DNA of 64,000 nucleotides from Candidatus Binataceae bacterium (GCA_035626155.1 DASPOF010000108.1:45286-109285), one strand, 5' to 3'; positions 26,450 to 41,736 are shown, counted from the first letter of the stretch. Numbers and translations: made by a program. The notes: generated by a model from the sequence alone, not told the origin.

Positions 26450-27466
26450 ATGCGCGAAGTCAGCGTCGGCGAGACCCTCGATCAGTACAAGCTCACCAGC
26501 GTGATCGCGCGCAGCGGGATGGCCTCCATCTTCGAGGCCACCGACCTGCTCGACGGCCGCACGGTCGCGATCAAGGTCCCCTACATGCAGTTCGAAAGCG
26601 ACGTGGTCTTCTACGGCCGCTTCCAGCGCGAGGAAGAAATCGGCCAGCGCCTTGACCACCCCAACATCATCAAGGTCCTCACCCCGAAGCATAAGAGCCG
26701 CATGTACATCGCGATGGAGTTCGTCAAGGGGACCTCGCTGCGCGCCATCATGCGCGATGCGCATCCGCTTGCCACCGAGAAGGCTCTCGACCTGGCCCGG
26801 CAAATCTGCGACGCGCTCGTCTATATGCACAAAAACGGCGTGGTCCATCGCGATATCAAGCCCGAGAACATCCTCGTCACCGACGAGGGCCTCGTGAAGA
26901 TAATGGACTTCGGGATCGCGCTCGATGCGTCTGCGCGGCGGCTTACGTGGTCCGGACTGTCCTCGACGATCGGCACGCCCGATTACATGGCGCCCGAGCA
27001 GGTCAGCGGCCGGCGCGGCGACGCGCGCACCGATATCTACTCGCTTGGCGTGATCCTGTACGAGATGCTGACCGCAAATCTGCCGTACACGGGCACCAAC
27101 GTGTACAACATGATGCGGGCGAAGACGAGCCAGGATCCGCAGCCACCCAGCGCCTACCAGCCGGACATCGACCCGAAGCTCGAGGAGATCGTCCTCCACG
27201 CGATCGCGCGCGCGCCGCGCGACCGCTATGCGAGCGCGGCCGAGATGCTCGAGGACCTGCGGGACCCGTCCCGGGTCCAGCCGATGGGCCGCGCACGCGG
27301 GCTGCGTCCGCAAAACTTGAGACTGCAGAAGTTGCGCCGCGCGCTCGGGATCGTGCTGTTCTTTGGATCGCTCGCGGCCTTTTTCGTTTTCCTCATCTGG
27401 CTCGCCAACCGCTACCCGGCGGCTCCGAGCCAGCCGCGCCGCTCATATCGCGGGGAGGTGAAATGA
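26450..27466 (+). CDS. Hanks-type Ser/Thr protein kinase with a single C-terminal membrane anchor
   Basis: VAIKV (catalytic Lys), HRDIKPENIL, DFGIA, GTPDYMAPEQ. C-terminal TM helix ALGIVLFFGSLAAFFVFLIWLA, then only about 20 residues. Confidence 0.9.
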   Translation: MREVSVGETLDQYKLTSVIARSGMASIFEATDLLDGRTVAIKVPYMQFESDVVFYGRFQREEEIGQRLDHPNIIKVLTPKHKSRMYIAMEFVKGTSLRAIMRDAHPLATEKALDLARQICDALVYMHKNGVVHRDIKPENILVTDEGLVKIMDFGIALDASARRLTWSGLSSTIGTPDYMAPEQVSGRRGDARTDIYSLGVILYEMLTANLPYTGTNVYNMMRAKTSQDPQPPSAYQPDIDPKLEEIVLHAIARAPRDRYASAAEMLEDLRDPSRVQPMGRARGLRPQNLRLQKLRRALGIVLFFGSLAAFFVFLIWLANRYPAAPSQPRRSYRGEVK

Positions 27467-28908
27467 TGCGCGCACTACGCCGTCCGATTCGGCTGATTGC
27501 TTCCGCAGCGGCGCTGCTTGCCGCGCTGGTCCTCGCCGCGAACCCCGCGCACGCGCAGCCTGCCCTGGCTGAAGGGCCTCTGGCTCAGTCGCTCAATATG
27601 GCCTGGGTGCTGGTCGCAGGGTTCCTCGTGATGTTCATGCAGGCCGGGTTCGCAATGCTCGAGACCGGGTTCACGCGCGCCAAGAACGCGGTCAATACGA
27701 TGGCGATGAACCTGGTCATTTACCCGATCGGGGTGATTGGCTTCTGGCTGACCGGCTACGGGTTCATGATGGGCGGCGTCGCACGATGGCCATCGCTCGG
27801 CGCGGCCCAAATCGGCCATCACGAACTTGCCGTCGCGATTGGCGCCCATACGTTCGGGCTGATCGGTCTCAGCAAGTTCGCGCTGGTGAGCGTCGCTCAC
27901 GATCCGGCGAGTCTCGCGATGTTCCTTTTCGCAGTGGTCTTCATGGATACCGCCGCGACGGTGCCGACCGGCGCGATGGCGGAGCGGTGGAAGTTCTCGG
28001 CTTTCTTCATCTACGGGCTTTTCATGTCGATGTTCCTCTATCCGCTCTACGGCAACTGGGTGTGGGGCGGAGGATGGCTCTCGCAACTGGGCGCGAACCT
28101 CGGACTCGGTCACGGTCACGTGGATTTTGCCGGATCGTCGGTCGTGCACATGACCGGCGGCGTCGCGGCGCTCGCGGGAGCGTGGATGCTCGGTCCCCGC
28201 ATCGGCAAGTTCCGGCGCGACGGCGCGATCGGCGCGCTGCCGGGGCACAACCTGCCGATGGCGGTGATTGGAACGTTGATCCTCGCCTTCGGATGGTTCG
28301 GGTTCAACGCCGGCTCGTCGCTTGCCGCCTCCGACCCGCGAATCGGCGTGATCGCGGCGAATACGATGTTGGCTTCGTCCGCCGGCGCCGTGACGGCGCT
28401 GTGTTACCTGTGGCAGCGCTTCGGCCGGCCCGACATCGCGATGGCCTGCAATGGACTGCTCGGCGGACTCGTCGCCATTACCGCTCCGTGCGCGTTCGTG
28501 ACGCCGGTCGCCGCGGTGCTCATCGGCACAGTAGCGGGTCTGCTCGTAGTGTGGTCAGTGCTCGCGCTGGAGCGGCGCCTGCGCATCGACGATCCCGTCG
28601 GCGCAATACCGGTCCACGGGGTTTGCGGGCTTTGGGGCGCGCTCGCGCTGGGAATTTTCGCCGACGGATCGTACGGCGAGGGATGGAACGGCGTTGCCGG
28701 TCCGGTGCGCGGCCTGCTCTATGGCGATGCGGGCCAGTTCGCGGCGCAGCTCATCGGGGTCACGATGAACTTCGTCGTCGTGTTCGGCCTCGCGCTGCTG
28801 TTCTTCTGGATTGTCGAGCGCATCATGGGCAACCGCGTGCTGGTGGAGGTCGAATTCACCGGTCTCGATTCGCTCGAAATGGGCACCGACGCCTACCCGA
28901 ACGTGTGA
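27463..28908 (+). CDS. amt: Ammonium transporter (Amt family) with signal peptide
   Basis: MMRALRRPIRLIASAAALLAALVLAANPAHA signal peptide. FLVMFMQAGFAMLETGFTRAKN, VHMTGGVAALAGAWMLGPRIG, AIPVHGVCGLWGALALGIFA. ATG 27463 overlaps the kinase stop (ATGA) and GGAGG lies upstream. The track ORF from 26947 is a spurious 5' extension. Confidence 0.92.
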   Translation: MMRALRRPIRLIASAAALLAALVLAANPAHAQPALAEGPLAQSLNMAWVLVAGFLVMFMQAGFAMLETGFTRAKNAVNTMAMNLVIYPIGVIGFWLTGYGFMMGGVARWPSLGAAQIGHHELAVAIGAHTFGLIGLSKFALVSVAHDPASLAMFLFAVVFMDTAATVPTGAMAERWKFSAFFIYGLFMSMFLYPLYGNWVWGGGWLSQLGANLGLGHGHVDFAGSSVVHMTGGVAALAGAWMLGPRIGKFRRDGAIGALPGHNLPMAVIGTLILAFGWFGFNAGSSLAASDPRIGVIAANTMLASSAGAVTALCYLWQRFGRPDIAMACNGLLGGLVAITAPCAFVTPVAAVLIGTVAGLLVVWSVLALERRLRIDDPVGAIPVHGVCGLWGALALGIFADGSYGEGWNGVAGPVRGLLYGDAGQFAAQLIGVTMNFVVVFGLALLFFWIVERIMGNRVLVEVEFTGLDSLEMGTDAYPNV

Positions 28909-28990
28909 CGAGCCCGAGGAGCGCGCCGTCGCATTGGCTCCTCTCCGGGACTAGGCGAGGGATTGGAGAGACGGACTTCGCCGCGGATAC

Positions 28991-30469
28991 TTACTTAGAA
29001 CTTTCCGGCGGCGATGGCAGGGGGAAGTCCGGCGGCGGAGGGGTGCCGGAGTGCACCGCCTGCGTGGCGGCTCCTGCGAGGCTTAAATACCAGTCGCTCG
29101 GTAACTGACATCCGTCCGCATCGAGCGTGACGAACGAGTATCCGGGCGGGATTCCCGCCACGGGCGCCTGCGCGGCTTGCCGCAGCATCTTGAACATCGC
29201 CGTGCCCTCGTTGAGTTCATCGAACATCGCGCCGTACAGCATCGTTGCTCCCGCCCCCAGCGCGTCATACACCTGCCGCCAGTAGAAGAGCCCGCAGCGG
29301 CGCGGAATCTGGTTGCTGATCGCCAGAGCCGGATCTCCCAACGCACGCTCAGTGTTGGCAAAAGAGTAGCCGGGGAACACGACGGGCATGTAGTCCACGC
29401 CGAGCGCACGCGTGGCCGCCAAATCCGGCTGAGTCACTCTGCTGCTGTAGTTATCCGCCGAGAGATCGTCGTAATAACGTCCAACCGCCCAGGGGCTAAG
29501 CACGCCGAGCCGCTTCCAGACCCGGCGCCAGCCGCGATCGGGCGACGCATCGTTCGTCCCCGTCCGCCAGTACGATGGCACGCCGCCGAGCACGGTGATG
29601 CCGCCATATTTCGCGCTCGCCTTGCCGAGCGCATCGAGCAAGCTCTCAGTACCGGCCGGCGTCAGCGGTCGTCCCGCGAAGCCGAGCCCCCACACCCCGA
29701 GCAGCGGATGGCCGCGATGGTGCAGGTAGGCCGGGCTGCTCGTGATTCCGCCGCGTTCCAGCCGCGCCCAATCCTGCGCGACCGTGATCAGCCTGCCCTC
29801 GGGCAGGCCGGTTAAGTCGTACATAACGAAGAACACCCGGCCGTTGTCTTCCGCCGCCTTGCGGACGTTGGCCAAGACTAGGTTGCGCCCGTACGCCTCA
29901 GCCTTGTCCAGGAGGTCCACCGAGAAGCGCTGGAGCGCGACGCCATCCAGCCCGTATTGCTGCATCCAGGCGAAATGCAGTTCCACGGTCGCCGGATTCG
30001 CGTTGCTGTACAGGTTCACCGGATTTCCGGCGGCATCGAGCATGCCGGTCGTGCACTGATCGGCAACCGGATATGCGGACGCATCCGGCAGCATGTCCAC
30101 GGTCGGGTCGGCGCCCATCATCCAGTGCCACCATCCGAGTTGGGTGCCGTCGCCCGGGCAGTTGAACCAGCCCTGGTAACCCATGATGAGCTTGCCGGTG
30201 AGCGTGGTGGGATCGACGCTGTCGACGGGATTGGCGCGATGTCCATCAGCGGCGCGCGCGAGCCGCTGCGTGCCCTGCGCGTGCGCGTGGCCGCAAGCGA
30301 TCGCGAGCGTACACCCGAGGGTGCCGAAAACCAGCAGCCAAAGTCGGTTGCGTCGTCGAGAAGTTATAATCTTAGCCCCCCAAATTGCGCTAGCATTCGC
30401 GCGACGCAAGCCCGCGGATTCTGTTACAGCCCGGAGCAGGACCGTACCAGCTTGCCGGGGCAAACGCAC
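28991..30469 (-). CDS. Secreted glycoside-hydrolase-like protein (TIM-barrel-like; family uncertain)
   Basis: Signal-like segment RRRNRLWLLVFGTLGCTLAIACGHAHA. Motifs GYQGWFNCPGDG..WWHW and AMFDELNEGTAMFK recall GH99/GH71-like enzymes. The true start is probably downstream of the track ATG (a TTG around 30400) and is not resolved. Confidence 0.45.
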   Translation of the reverse strand: MRLPRQAGTVLLRAVTESAGLRRANASAIWGAKIITSRRRNRLWLLVFGTLGCTLAIACGHAHAQGTQRLARAADGHRANPVDSVDPTTLTGKLIMGYQGWFNCPGDGTQLGWWHWMMGADPTVDMLPDASAYPVADQCTTGMLDAAGNPVNLYSNANPATVELHFAWMQQYGLDGVALQRFSVDLLDKAEAYGRNLVLANVRKAAEDNGRVFFVMYDLTGLPEGRLITVAQDWARLERGGITSSPAYLHHRGHPLLGVWGLGFAGRPLTPAGTESLLDALGKASAKYGGITVLGGVPSYWRTGTNDASPDRGWRRVWKRLGVLSPWAVGRYYDDLSADNYSSRVTQPDLAATRALGVDYMPVVFPGYSFANTERALGDPALAISNQIPRRCGLFYWRQVYDALGAGATMLYGAMFDELNEGTAMFKMLRQAAQAPVAGIPPGYSFVTLDADGCQLPSDWYLSLAGAATQAVHSGTPPPPDFPLPSPPESSK

Positions 30470-30631
30470 ATCAGGGGGGCGCCAGGGACGACGGCACGAT
30501 CGGCGCGCCTGTTCTCGGTGCGTAGCAAGACAATTTGTTGCGCGCGAAATCCCGGTTAAGCGAAAAGTTCCGACAGGCGGCGCGCGGCTTTAATAAAAGT
30601 TCGTTGTCCTGACTTTGTGCCTCAATAACCC

Positions 30632-30660
30632 TTGACAGGGATCGCCCTTCCCGTTACGTT
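30632..30660 (+). promoter_or_regulatory. Sigma-70-type promoter candidate: TTGACA, 17-nt spacer, TACGTT
   Basis: Perfect -35 hexamer at 30632-30637, 17-nt spacer, -10-like TACGTT at 30655-30660. It lies 28 nt upstream of ATG 30688. Confidence 0.35.
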
Positions 30661-30687
30661 CATCGAGCCCACAACGAAAATTGCCTT

Positions 30688-31247
30688 ATGAAGTTAGGCA
30701 GCGATTCGCCCGAACTCGACGCGATCGACCTGCAGATTCTCAATGTCTTGCAGGAGCACGGTCGAATTCCGCACGTCAAGCTTGCCGAGCAGGTCGGCCT
30801 GTCGGCGCCGTCGGTTATCGAACGCGTCAAGAAGCTCGAGGACACCGGCATCATCACCGGCTATCACGCATCGGTGGATGCGCGCCGGCTGGGCAAGGAC
30901 GTAACCGCCTTCATCGGCGTTTCGATCGCGCACCCCAAAGCGGTCCTCCTCTTCGAGCAGGCCATCGATCAGATCGACGACGTGCTCGAATGTCATCACG
31001 TCACCGGCCAGCACAGCGTGTTGCTGAAGGTTAAGACCGACAACACTTCATCGCTCGAGCGGCTCATCAGCACCATCCGTTCGATCGAAGGAGTGGCGAG
31101 GACGGAGACGATGGTGGTGCTTTCGACGCACATCGAGCGCGTCATGATTCCAGTCCACGCCACTGACGATGCCGGCGGCGAGCTGCCCAACGGCCGGCGC
31201 CATCGCCACGGCGCCATGAAAGGCCCGCTTGCGGATTCCAGGCGGGT

Positions 31248-31251
<4 letters not shown>
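30688..31251 (+). CDS. Lrp/AsnC family transcriptional regulator (with about 30-aa C-terminal extension)
   Basis: [50 protein letters not shown] (HTH_AsnC), then a RAM/AsnC_trans_reg-like domain. The stop overlaps the gltB start (ATGA). Confidence 0.88.
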
Positions 31252-35810
<4,559 letters not shown>

Positions 35811-35867
35811 TCCGATTCGAGCGCGAACGAAGAACGTCGAAGAATAACGGAGGTAGAGCCGCGTCCG

Positions 35868-37313
35868 ATGGGTAAGATCACGGGCTTCATGGAGATCAAG
35901 CGCGAGACGCCGGGGCGCCGCGCGGTCGGCGAACGCCTGAAGGACTGGCGCGAATTCGATCTCAAAATGCCCGAGGACAAGCTGCGCGCCCAGGGTGCGC
36001 GATGCATGGACTGCGGGATCCCCTTCTGCCACAAGGGATGTCCGCTCGGGAATATCATTCCCGACTGGAACGACATGCTCTACCGCGGGCGCTGGCGCGA
36101 CGCGATCGAGCGGCTGCACTCGACCAATAACTTCCCGGAGTTTACCGGGCGCGTATGCCCCGCTCCGTGCGAGGAAGCCTGCGTCCTCAACATCAACAAC
36201 GACCCCGTCACCATCAAGCTCATCGAGAAGAGCATCATCGATCACGCGTGGGCCGAGGGATGGGTCGCGCCGCAGCCGGCCGCGCAGCCGAGCGGCAAGC
36301 GCGTCGCGGTGGTCGGTTCGGGCCCGTCGGGTCTTGCCTGCGCGCAGCAGCTTGCGCGCGCGGGCCACGCGGTGACGATCTATGAGCGCGCCGACCGGCC
36401 CGGCGGCCTGCTCACCTACGGCATTCCCGACTTCAAGCTCGAAAAATCGATGGTCAACCGGCGCGTCGAGCAGTTGCGCGCCGAGGGCGTCCAGTTTGTC
36501 ACGGGTTGCCGCGTCGGAATCGACATCCACGCGGACCAGTTGCGCCAGAAGCACGACGCGATCTGCCTCACGATGGGCGCGACCAAGTCGCGCGACCTTT
36601 CCATCCCGGGGCGCGAGTTGAAGGGAATCCATTTCGCGATGGAATTCCTCCCCCAGCAGAACCGCCGCAACTTCGGCGACGTGATCGATCCGGGAACCGC
36701 AATCAGCGCGCAGGGCAAGCGCGTCGTGATCCTCGGCGGCGGCGACACCGGCTCGGACTGTCTCGGAACGTCGAACCGCCAGGGCGCGCTCAGCGTGCAT
36801 CAGTTCGAATTGCTGCCGATGCCGCCCGAACGCCGCACTCCCGAAATGCCCTGGCCCGACTGGCCGATGATCAATCGCACCTCGAGTTCGCACGAGGAGG
36901 GCGTCATCCGCGACTGGAGCATCGACACGAAACGCTTCATCGGCGAAAACGGCGCAGTCAAGAAACTCCATGCCGTGCGCCTGAACTGGAAGCGCGACAA
37001 CGGGCGCATGGTGATGGAGGCGATACCGGCCAGCGACTTCGAGCTCGAGTGCGACCTCGTGCTGCTCGCGCTTGGCTTCCTCGGCCCCGATCCTGAGGGC
37101 ATCATCACCGAGCTTGGCCTCAAGCTCGACGCGCGCAGCAATATCGCGACCGAGAATTACATGTCGAGCGTTCCGGGCGTGTTCGCCGGAGGCGATGCGC
37201 GACGCGGCCAGTCGCTGGTCGTGTGGGCGATATGGGAAGGGCGCGAATGCGCGCGCGCGTGCGATGCCTGGCTGATGGGCCGGACGTTCCTTCCTACGAG
37301 CCCGGAAATCTGA
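35868..37313 (+). CDS. gltD: Glutamate synthase small (NADPH) subunit
   Basis: [22 protein letters not shown], dinucleotide folds [14 protein letters not shown] and [13 protein letters not shown]. Confidence 0.93.
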   Translation: MGKITGFMEIKRETPGRRAVGERLKDWREFDLKMPEDKLRAQGARCMDCGIPFCHKGCPLGNIIPDWNDMLYRGRWRDAIERLHSTNNFPEFTGRVCPAPCEEACVLNINNDPVTIKLIEKSIIDHAWAEGWVAPQPAAQPSGKRVAVVGSGPSGLACAQQLARAGHAVTIYERADRPGGLLTYGIPDFKLEKSMVNRRVEQLRAEGVQFVTGCRVGIDIHADQLRQKHDAICLTMGATKSRDLSIPGRELKGIHFAMEFLPQQNRRNFGDVIDPGTAISAQGKRVVILGGGDTGSDCLGTSNRQGALSVHQFELLPMPPERRTPEMPWPDWPMINRTSSSHEEGVIRDWSIDTKRFIGENGAVKKLHAVRLNWKRDNGRMVMEAIPASDFELECDLVLLALGFLGPDPEGIITELGLKLDARSNIATENYMSSVPGVFAGGDARRGQSLVVWAIWEGRECARACDAWLMGRTFLPTSPEI

Positions 37314-37359
37314 CCACGCAATCCGGCGCGCGACGGAGTCGGCCCTCGCGCTCGCGGCG

Positions 37360-39102
37360 TTACACGATGTGCAATGCCGCCTGGGCGCGCGCGGGATCGA
37401 TCTCGCCGTAACCCGTAAGCTCCTCGAACAGGTTGAGCACCGCGCGGTCGCGCGAGAGCAGGCCGCGCGCGGCGGGCGCGGTCAGATGCGCGCGAACGAA
37501 CAGGTTCGCAATCACCGCCTTGCGAGCGCTGCCGCGATGTTCCAGCTCCCAGGCGGCCTCGTCGAACAGGAGCGCCGCCTGCGCCACGTCGGCCAGGTAG
37601 TTGGCGAAGGTGCGCGCGCGAAGCTGTGCGAGGTCGCGCTCGGCGCGCGACAGGAATTCGAGCGCCTGGCGAATCTCGCCGAGCGCGCGCGCAACCGGCT
37701 CGCGCGCCTCATCCAGGATCGGCGGCGCCGCCGCCAGCCGCCGCTCCAGCGTGCCGAACGCGGCTTTCACCACCTGCTCGTTGCGCAGCGCACGGAGCAC
37801 GTCGAGACAGATGATGTTCTCGGTGCCTTCCCAGATGGTGTGGCATTGCGCATCGCGAAACTGGCGCGCGACCGGCCAATTCTCGATATAGCCGTTGCCG
37901 CCGTGCACCTCGACGGCCTGCGATGCCAACTCGACGCCGCGCCGCGTGGCGCGCAGCTTGGCGAGCGGAACCAGCAGGCGGGAGATCGCGCTGTCGTCCG
38001 CTGCGGAAGCGAACACCAGCGCCGACGCTGCTTCCAGCTCCACCACCATCGCGACCAGCGTTTCCCGCATCAGCGGCAAGTCGCGCAGCAGGTTTCCGAA
38101 CGCAGTCCGGTGCGCCGCGAAGATGGCGGACTCCAGGAACGATCGACGCATGATGCCGAGCCCCATCACGGCGACGCCTTGGCGCGACATGTCCACCATC
38201 TCCATCATGCGGTTGATTCCGCGCCCGTCGCGCGCCGCGCCCGCATCCGCATTCTCGCCCGCCATCAGGTACGCCTCGGCATCGACGAAATCGACCTCGG
38301 CGGTCGGGACCGCGCGGGTGCCGAGCTTGTCCTTGAGGCGGCGGATCTCGATCCCGTTGCGACGCCCGTCAGCGCGGCGGCGGGGCACCAGGAACAGCGC
38401 GATGCCCTTGAGGCCGTCGGTTGCGCCTTCGGGCCGCGCGAGCGTCACGATCACGCCCGCATCGACGTTGGAGCAAAACCACTTGGAGCCGTTGAGAATC
38501 CAGCGATCGCCGTCCTGGCGCGCGACCGTCGTAAGCGTGGCAAGATCGGAGCCGCCGGTCTTCTCGGTCATGAACATCGCGCCGTCCCATGCGTCGTCGA
38601 AGTCCTCGGCGGTAAGATGCGCGAGCATCTCCTCGCGCAGCGCCGCGGGCGCGTACCGCCGCACCAGCGCGATTACGCCGGTGGTCATTCCGACCGCGCA
38701 AAGCATCCCGGTCTCCGCCTGCGAAAGCAGGTAGTTCAGCGCGGCCGTCATCAAATCGGGATAGCGCCGCCCGCGGCGCGCCGCTTCGTTTCGCAGCCGG
38801 GGTCCGCTGATGCCGGCGACCCACGCTTCGCGCTTGGTCGCGAGCGTGCCGGGATGATGGACGATCTCATCGGCGGGCTCGCCCCAGCGATCGTATTTCA
38901 CGAGCTGCGGCGGATTCTTGTCGGTGACTTCGGCGCGCGCCGCGATGTGGCTGCCGACCAGCGCGCCGGCTCTTCTGAGTTCCGGCTCGCACCAATCGAG
39001 GTCGGCCGGTTCGAGCATCCGGTGCGCGATCTGCTGAAGATTCGGATCGGCTTCGTACCAGTTGAGCCCGATTGAGCTTTCGTATTTGCGATAGTCGATC
39101 AT
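37360..39102 (-). CDS. AidB-like acyl-CoA dehydrogenase family protein
   Basis: [62 protein letters not shown]. Start at ATG 39102 (MIDYRKY...), 10 codons inside the track GTG. Confidence 0.8.
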   Translation of the reverse strand: MIDYRKYESSIGLNWYEADPNLQQIAHRMLEPADLDWCEPELRRAGALVGSHIAARAEVTDKNPPQLVKYDRWGEPADEIVHHPGTLATKREAWVAGISGPRLRNEAARRGRRYPDLMTAALNYLLSQAETGMLCAVGMTTGVIALVRRYAPAALREEMLAHLTAEDFDDAWDGAMFMTEKTGGSDLATLTTVARQDGDRWILNGSKWFCSNVDAGVIVTLARPEGATDGLKGIALFLVPRRRADGRRNGIEIRRLKDKLGTRAVPTAEVDFVDAEAYLMAGENADAGAARDGRGINRMMEMVDMSRQGVAVMGLGIMRRSFLESAIFAAHRTAFGNLLRDLPLMRETLVAMVVELEAASALVFASAADDSAISRLLVPLAKLRATRRGVELASQAVEVHGGNGYIENWPVARQFRDAQCHTIWEGTENIICLDVLRALRNEQVVKAAFGTLERRLAAAPPILDEAREPVARALGEIRQALEFLSRAERDLAQLRARTFANYLADVAQAALLFDEAAWELEHRGSARKAVIANLFVRAHLTAPAARGLLSRDRAVLNLFEELTGYGEIDPARAQAALHIV

Positions 39103-39166
39103 GGCGTCACCCCGGCTCAAGCCTACTCGCACGGCGCGTGAGTGAAAAATGCCTCCCGGGCGGGGG

Positions 39167-40465
39167 CTAGCGCGCCGCCGCCATCGCCAGAAAATCGGCC
39201 AGATGCATCACGCGCGTCGCAGCGCCGCGCCGGCGCAGCGCAGCGCCGATCTGAAACTCGCACCCCGGATTTGCGAGCACCACGTAATCGGCGCCGGTCG
39301 CGGCGATATTGTCCGCCTTGCGCCGTGCCAGTTCGCGCGCCATTACCGGTTCGGTCAGGTTGTAACTGCCGGCCGATCCGCAGCAAACGTCGGACTCCGC
39401 CATCTCGATCAACCTGACGCCCGGGATCGATGCGAGCAGCTTGCGCGGCGATTCCCGCACGCCGAGTCCGTGCGAAAAATGGCACGCGTCGTGGCACGTG
39501 ACTGTGCAGCCAAGTTCGCGGAACGCGACCGGCTTGCCGCGCAGGATGAGCGATGCGAGGTCGGTCACTTTCGCCGATACCTCCCGCGCGTCCGCGGCGA
39601 ATTCGGGATCGTCCTTCAAAAGCTCGGCGTACTCCGCGATCGCGAGCGAGCATCCCGATGCGGCGCTCACGATCGCATCGGCTCCGCTCCGCTTGAGCGC
39701 GCGCACGTTGGCGCGGGCAAAGCCGAGCGCGCGCGGGCGCCTCCCGCTGTGCAAGTCGAGCGCTCCGCAGCAGACCGCATCCGCAAGCCCAACGACGCGA
39801 TAGCCAGCCGCAGACAGCATCCGCTCCGCATTCAGGTTTTCCCCGCTCGCGAGCGCCTGGGCGACGCAACCGCGATGGACCACGGCGGCCGGGGCATCGC
39901 GAGATGGCTCCTGGAGCGGTTGCGGGGCTACGCGGGCGCCTTCGTTCTCGAGCTTCGGCAGCAACTCGAGCCACTCGCGCATCGCGCCGGGCACCACCCG
40001 CTCGAGCGCGGGCCGGAATCCCGCGCGCTCGATAAGTCGCAGCGGAGCCAGCACCGCGCGCAGGCGCGCCGGATAGGGAAAGATTGCGCCCGCGATGAAA
40101 CGCCGAATCCGCGCCCCGGCGTCGCGGCGATGGTTCGCCTCGACGAATGCGCGGGCGCGCTCGATTAGCTGCCCGTAATGGACGCCCGAGGGGCACGCGG
40201 TTTCGCAACCCCGGCATCCGAGGCACAAGTCGAGATGGCGCACCGCGTCGGCGTCGAGATCGAGGCGGCCCTCCGCGATTGCCTTCATCAGGTAGATGCG
40301 TCCGCGCGGCGAGTCCATCTCCGCGCGCGTGACGATATAAGTCGGGCAGGCTTCGAGGCAAAGCCCGCAGTGCACGCACTCGAACAGGCGGTCGTAATCG
40401 ACGATGTCGCGGACGGCCGTGGCGGCGCGCTCGGGCTGCGCCATCAGAGTCCCCCCACGAAGCAC
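39167..40465 (-). CDS. glcF: Glycolate oxidase iron-sulfur subunit
   Basis: CVHCGLCLEACPTY and CLGCRGCETACPSGV 4Fe-4S motifs, followed by two CCG-type Cys-rich domains (CCGALD.., CCGSAGSYN). Confidence 0.85.
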   Translation of the reverse strand: MLRGGTLMAQPERAATAVRDIVDYDRLFECVHCGLCLEACPTYIVTRAEMDSPRGRIYLMKAIAEGRLDLDADAVRHLDLCLGCRGCETACPSGVHYGQLIERARAFVEANHRRDAGARIRRFIAGAIFPYPARLRAVLAPLRLIERAGFRPALERVVPGAMREWLELLPKLENEGARVAPQPLQEPSRDAPAAVVHRGCVAQALASGENLNAERMLSAAGYRVVGLADAVCCGALDLHSGRRPRALGFARANVRALKRSGADAIVSAASGCSLAIAEYAELLKDDPEFAADAREVSAKVTDLASLILRGKPVAFRELGCTVTCHDACHFSHGLGVRESPRKLLASIPGVRLIEMAESDVCCGSAGSYNLTEPVMARELARRKADNIAATGADYVVLANPGCEFQIGAALRRRGAATRVMHLADFLAMAAAR

Positions 40466-41712
40466 CCGGGATTGAATACCCCGGCCGGATCGAATGCCTG
40501 CTTCATCCGGCGCATTAACTTAAGAGCGCCGGCGCCCGGCGTATCGAAGAACGCGAGCGAGTCGCGAAGCGCCGGCGCTGCGCGAAGCACGCGAACATTT
40601 CCGCGCGCAGCGCGTGCGCTTTCGCGCCATCGCGCAAGCGCATCGCGCCCCGCATCGCTCGCCAACTCGCCCGCGACGAACACTTGCGCGACTCCCGAGC
40701 CCGCGTGAGCGCGGAACTCGATCGCGCCGCAAGCCGACAGAAATCGCGCCAGCTCCGCGGGAGGAACTGCGACCTGGGCTGCTAGCGCCACCCGCGGCAA
40801 GTCGAAATCGCGAAGCCGCTCGTATGCGGCGATCGCGCCATCGCCGTCGCGGAAAATGACTGCGGCGCCGGCCTTCTCGGAGATCTTTGCGCGCTGGTAA
40901 TCACACTCGGCTCGATTTCCCGAAAATCCCGCCGCGAGCAGCAAGCGGCCCGGCGCGTCGAGCGGAGCGGCAAGCGCGGGGCTCAGGATTTCCAGATGGG
41001 CAAGCGGGAGCGCCTCGATCAATTCGCGTGCGCCTTCGAACGCATCGCCGATGCGCGCATACGGGGCGAGCGCGAGCGTGTAATTCTCCGGGATCGGACG
41101 CACCTTGAACGCCGCTTGCGTGATGATGCCGAGCGTGCCGAACGAGCCGCCCATCACCTTCATCAAATCATAGCCGGCCACGTTCTTGACGACCCGCCCG
41201 CCGCCGCGCACCACGATCCCGCCATGTCCCACATAGTCAATTCCGATCACGAGATCGCGCACTGTCCCCTCCGACAGGCGCAGCGGACCCGCGTGATGGG
41301 CTGCGATGAGCGCACCGATCGTCGCAAGCGCGGGATTTTGCGGATCGACCGGAAGGCGCTGGCGCGACGGCGCCATCACGCGATTCAGTTCCGCGACCGT
41401 GATCCCCGCTTCGGCGACTGCGGTCATGTCGTCAGGTTCGTAGGCGACGATCCGCGCGATTCTGCCGAGCGACACGCCGAGTGCGGCCGGCGCGCGCCGA
41501 ATCTCGGCCAGCGTGCGCGCCGCGCCCACCGGCGCGAGCGCGATTTTTTCGGCCTCGCAAAACCGCACCAGCTCGCCGACTTCATCGACGTTCGCCGGCT
41601 CGGCGATCACACGCGCGGCGCGCGCCTCGAGACCCGCCGGCTCGCGCACGCGATCGGCACCGAGGGCCTCCGCGACCCGCTTGGCAATTTCGATGGTGGA
41701 AAGCTCAGCCAC
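40444..41712 (-). CDS. glcE: Glycolate oxidase FAD-binding subunit
   Basis: FAD_binding_4-like fold (VGHGGIVVRGGGRVVKNVAGYDLMKVMGGSFGTLGII). Position between glcD and glcF, with overlapping stops and starts. Confidence 0.8.
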   Translation of the reverse strand: MAELSTIEIAKRVAEALGADRVREPAGLEARAARVIAEPANVDEVGELVRFCEAEKIALAPVGAARTLAEIRRAPAALGVSLGRIARIVAYEPDDMTAVAEAGITVAELNRVMAPSRQRLPVDPQNPALATIGALIAAHHAGPLRLSEGTVRDLVIGIDYVGHGGIVVRGGGRVVKNVAGYDLMKVMGGSFGTLGIITQAAFKVRPIPENYTLALAPYARIGDAFEGARELIEALPLAHLEILSPALAAPLDAPGRLLLAAGFSGNRAECDYQRAKISEKAGAAVIFRDGDGAIAAYERLRDFDLPRVALAAQVAVPPAELARFLSACGAIEFRAHAGSGVAQVFVAGELASDAGRDALARWRESARAARGNVRVLRAAPALRDSLAFFDTPGAGALKLMRRMKQAFDPAGVFNPGCFVGGL

Positions 41713-41736
41713 GACAGCGCGACCGCGAGATGGCGA

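Noticed and set aside
26947-27462. 5' extensions of track ORFs: amt from 26947, APC/USP from 4589, APC from 23465, epimerase from 2169, gyrB from 49729, selA from 59029, dodecin from 60631
   Set aside because: The extensions overlap upstream genes or terminators and are compositionally junk. They precede internal ATGs that have RBS-like sequences and align with the expected family N-termini.
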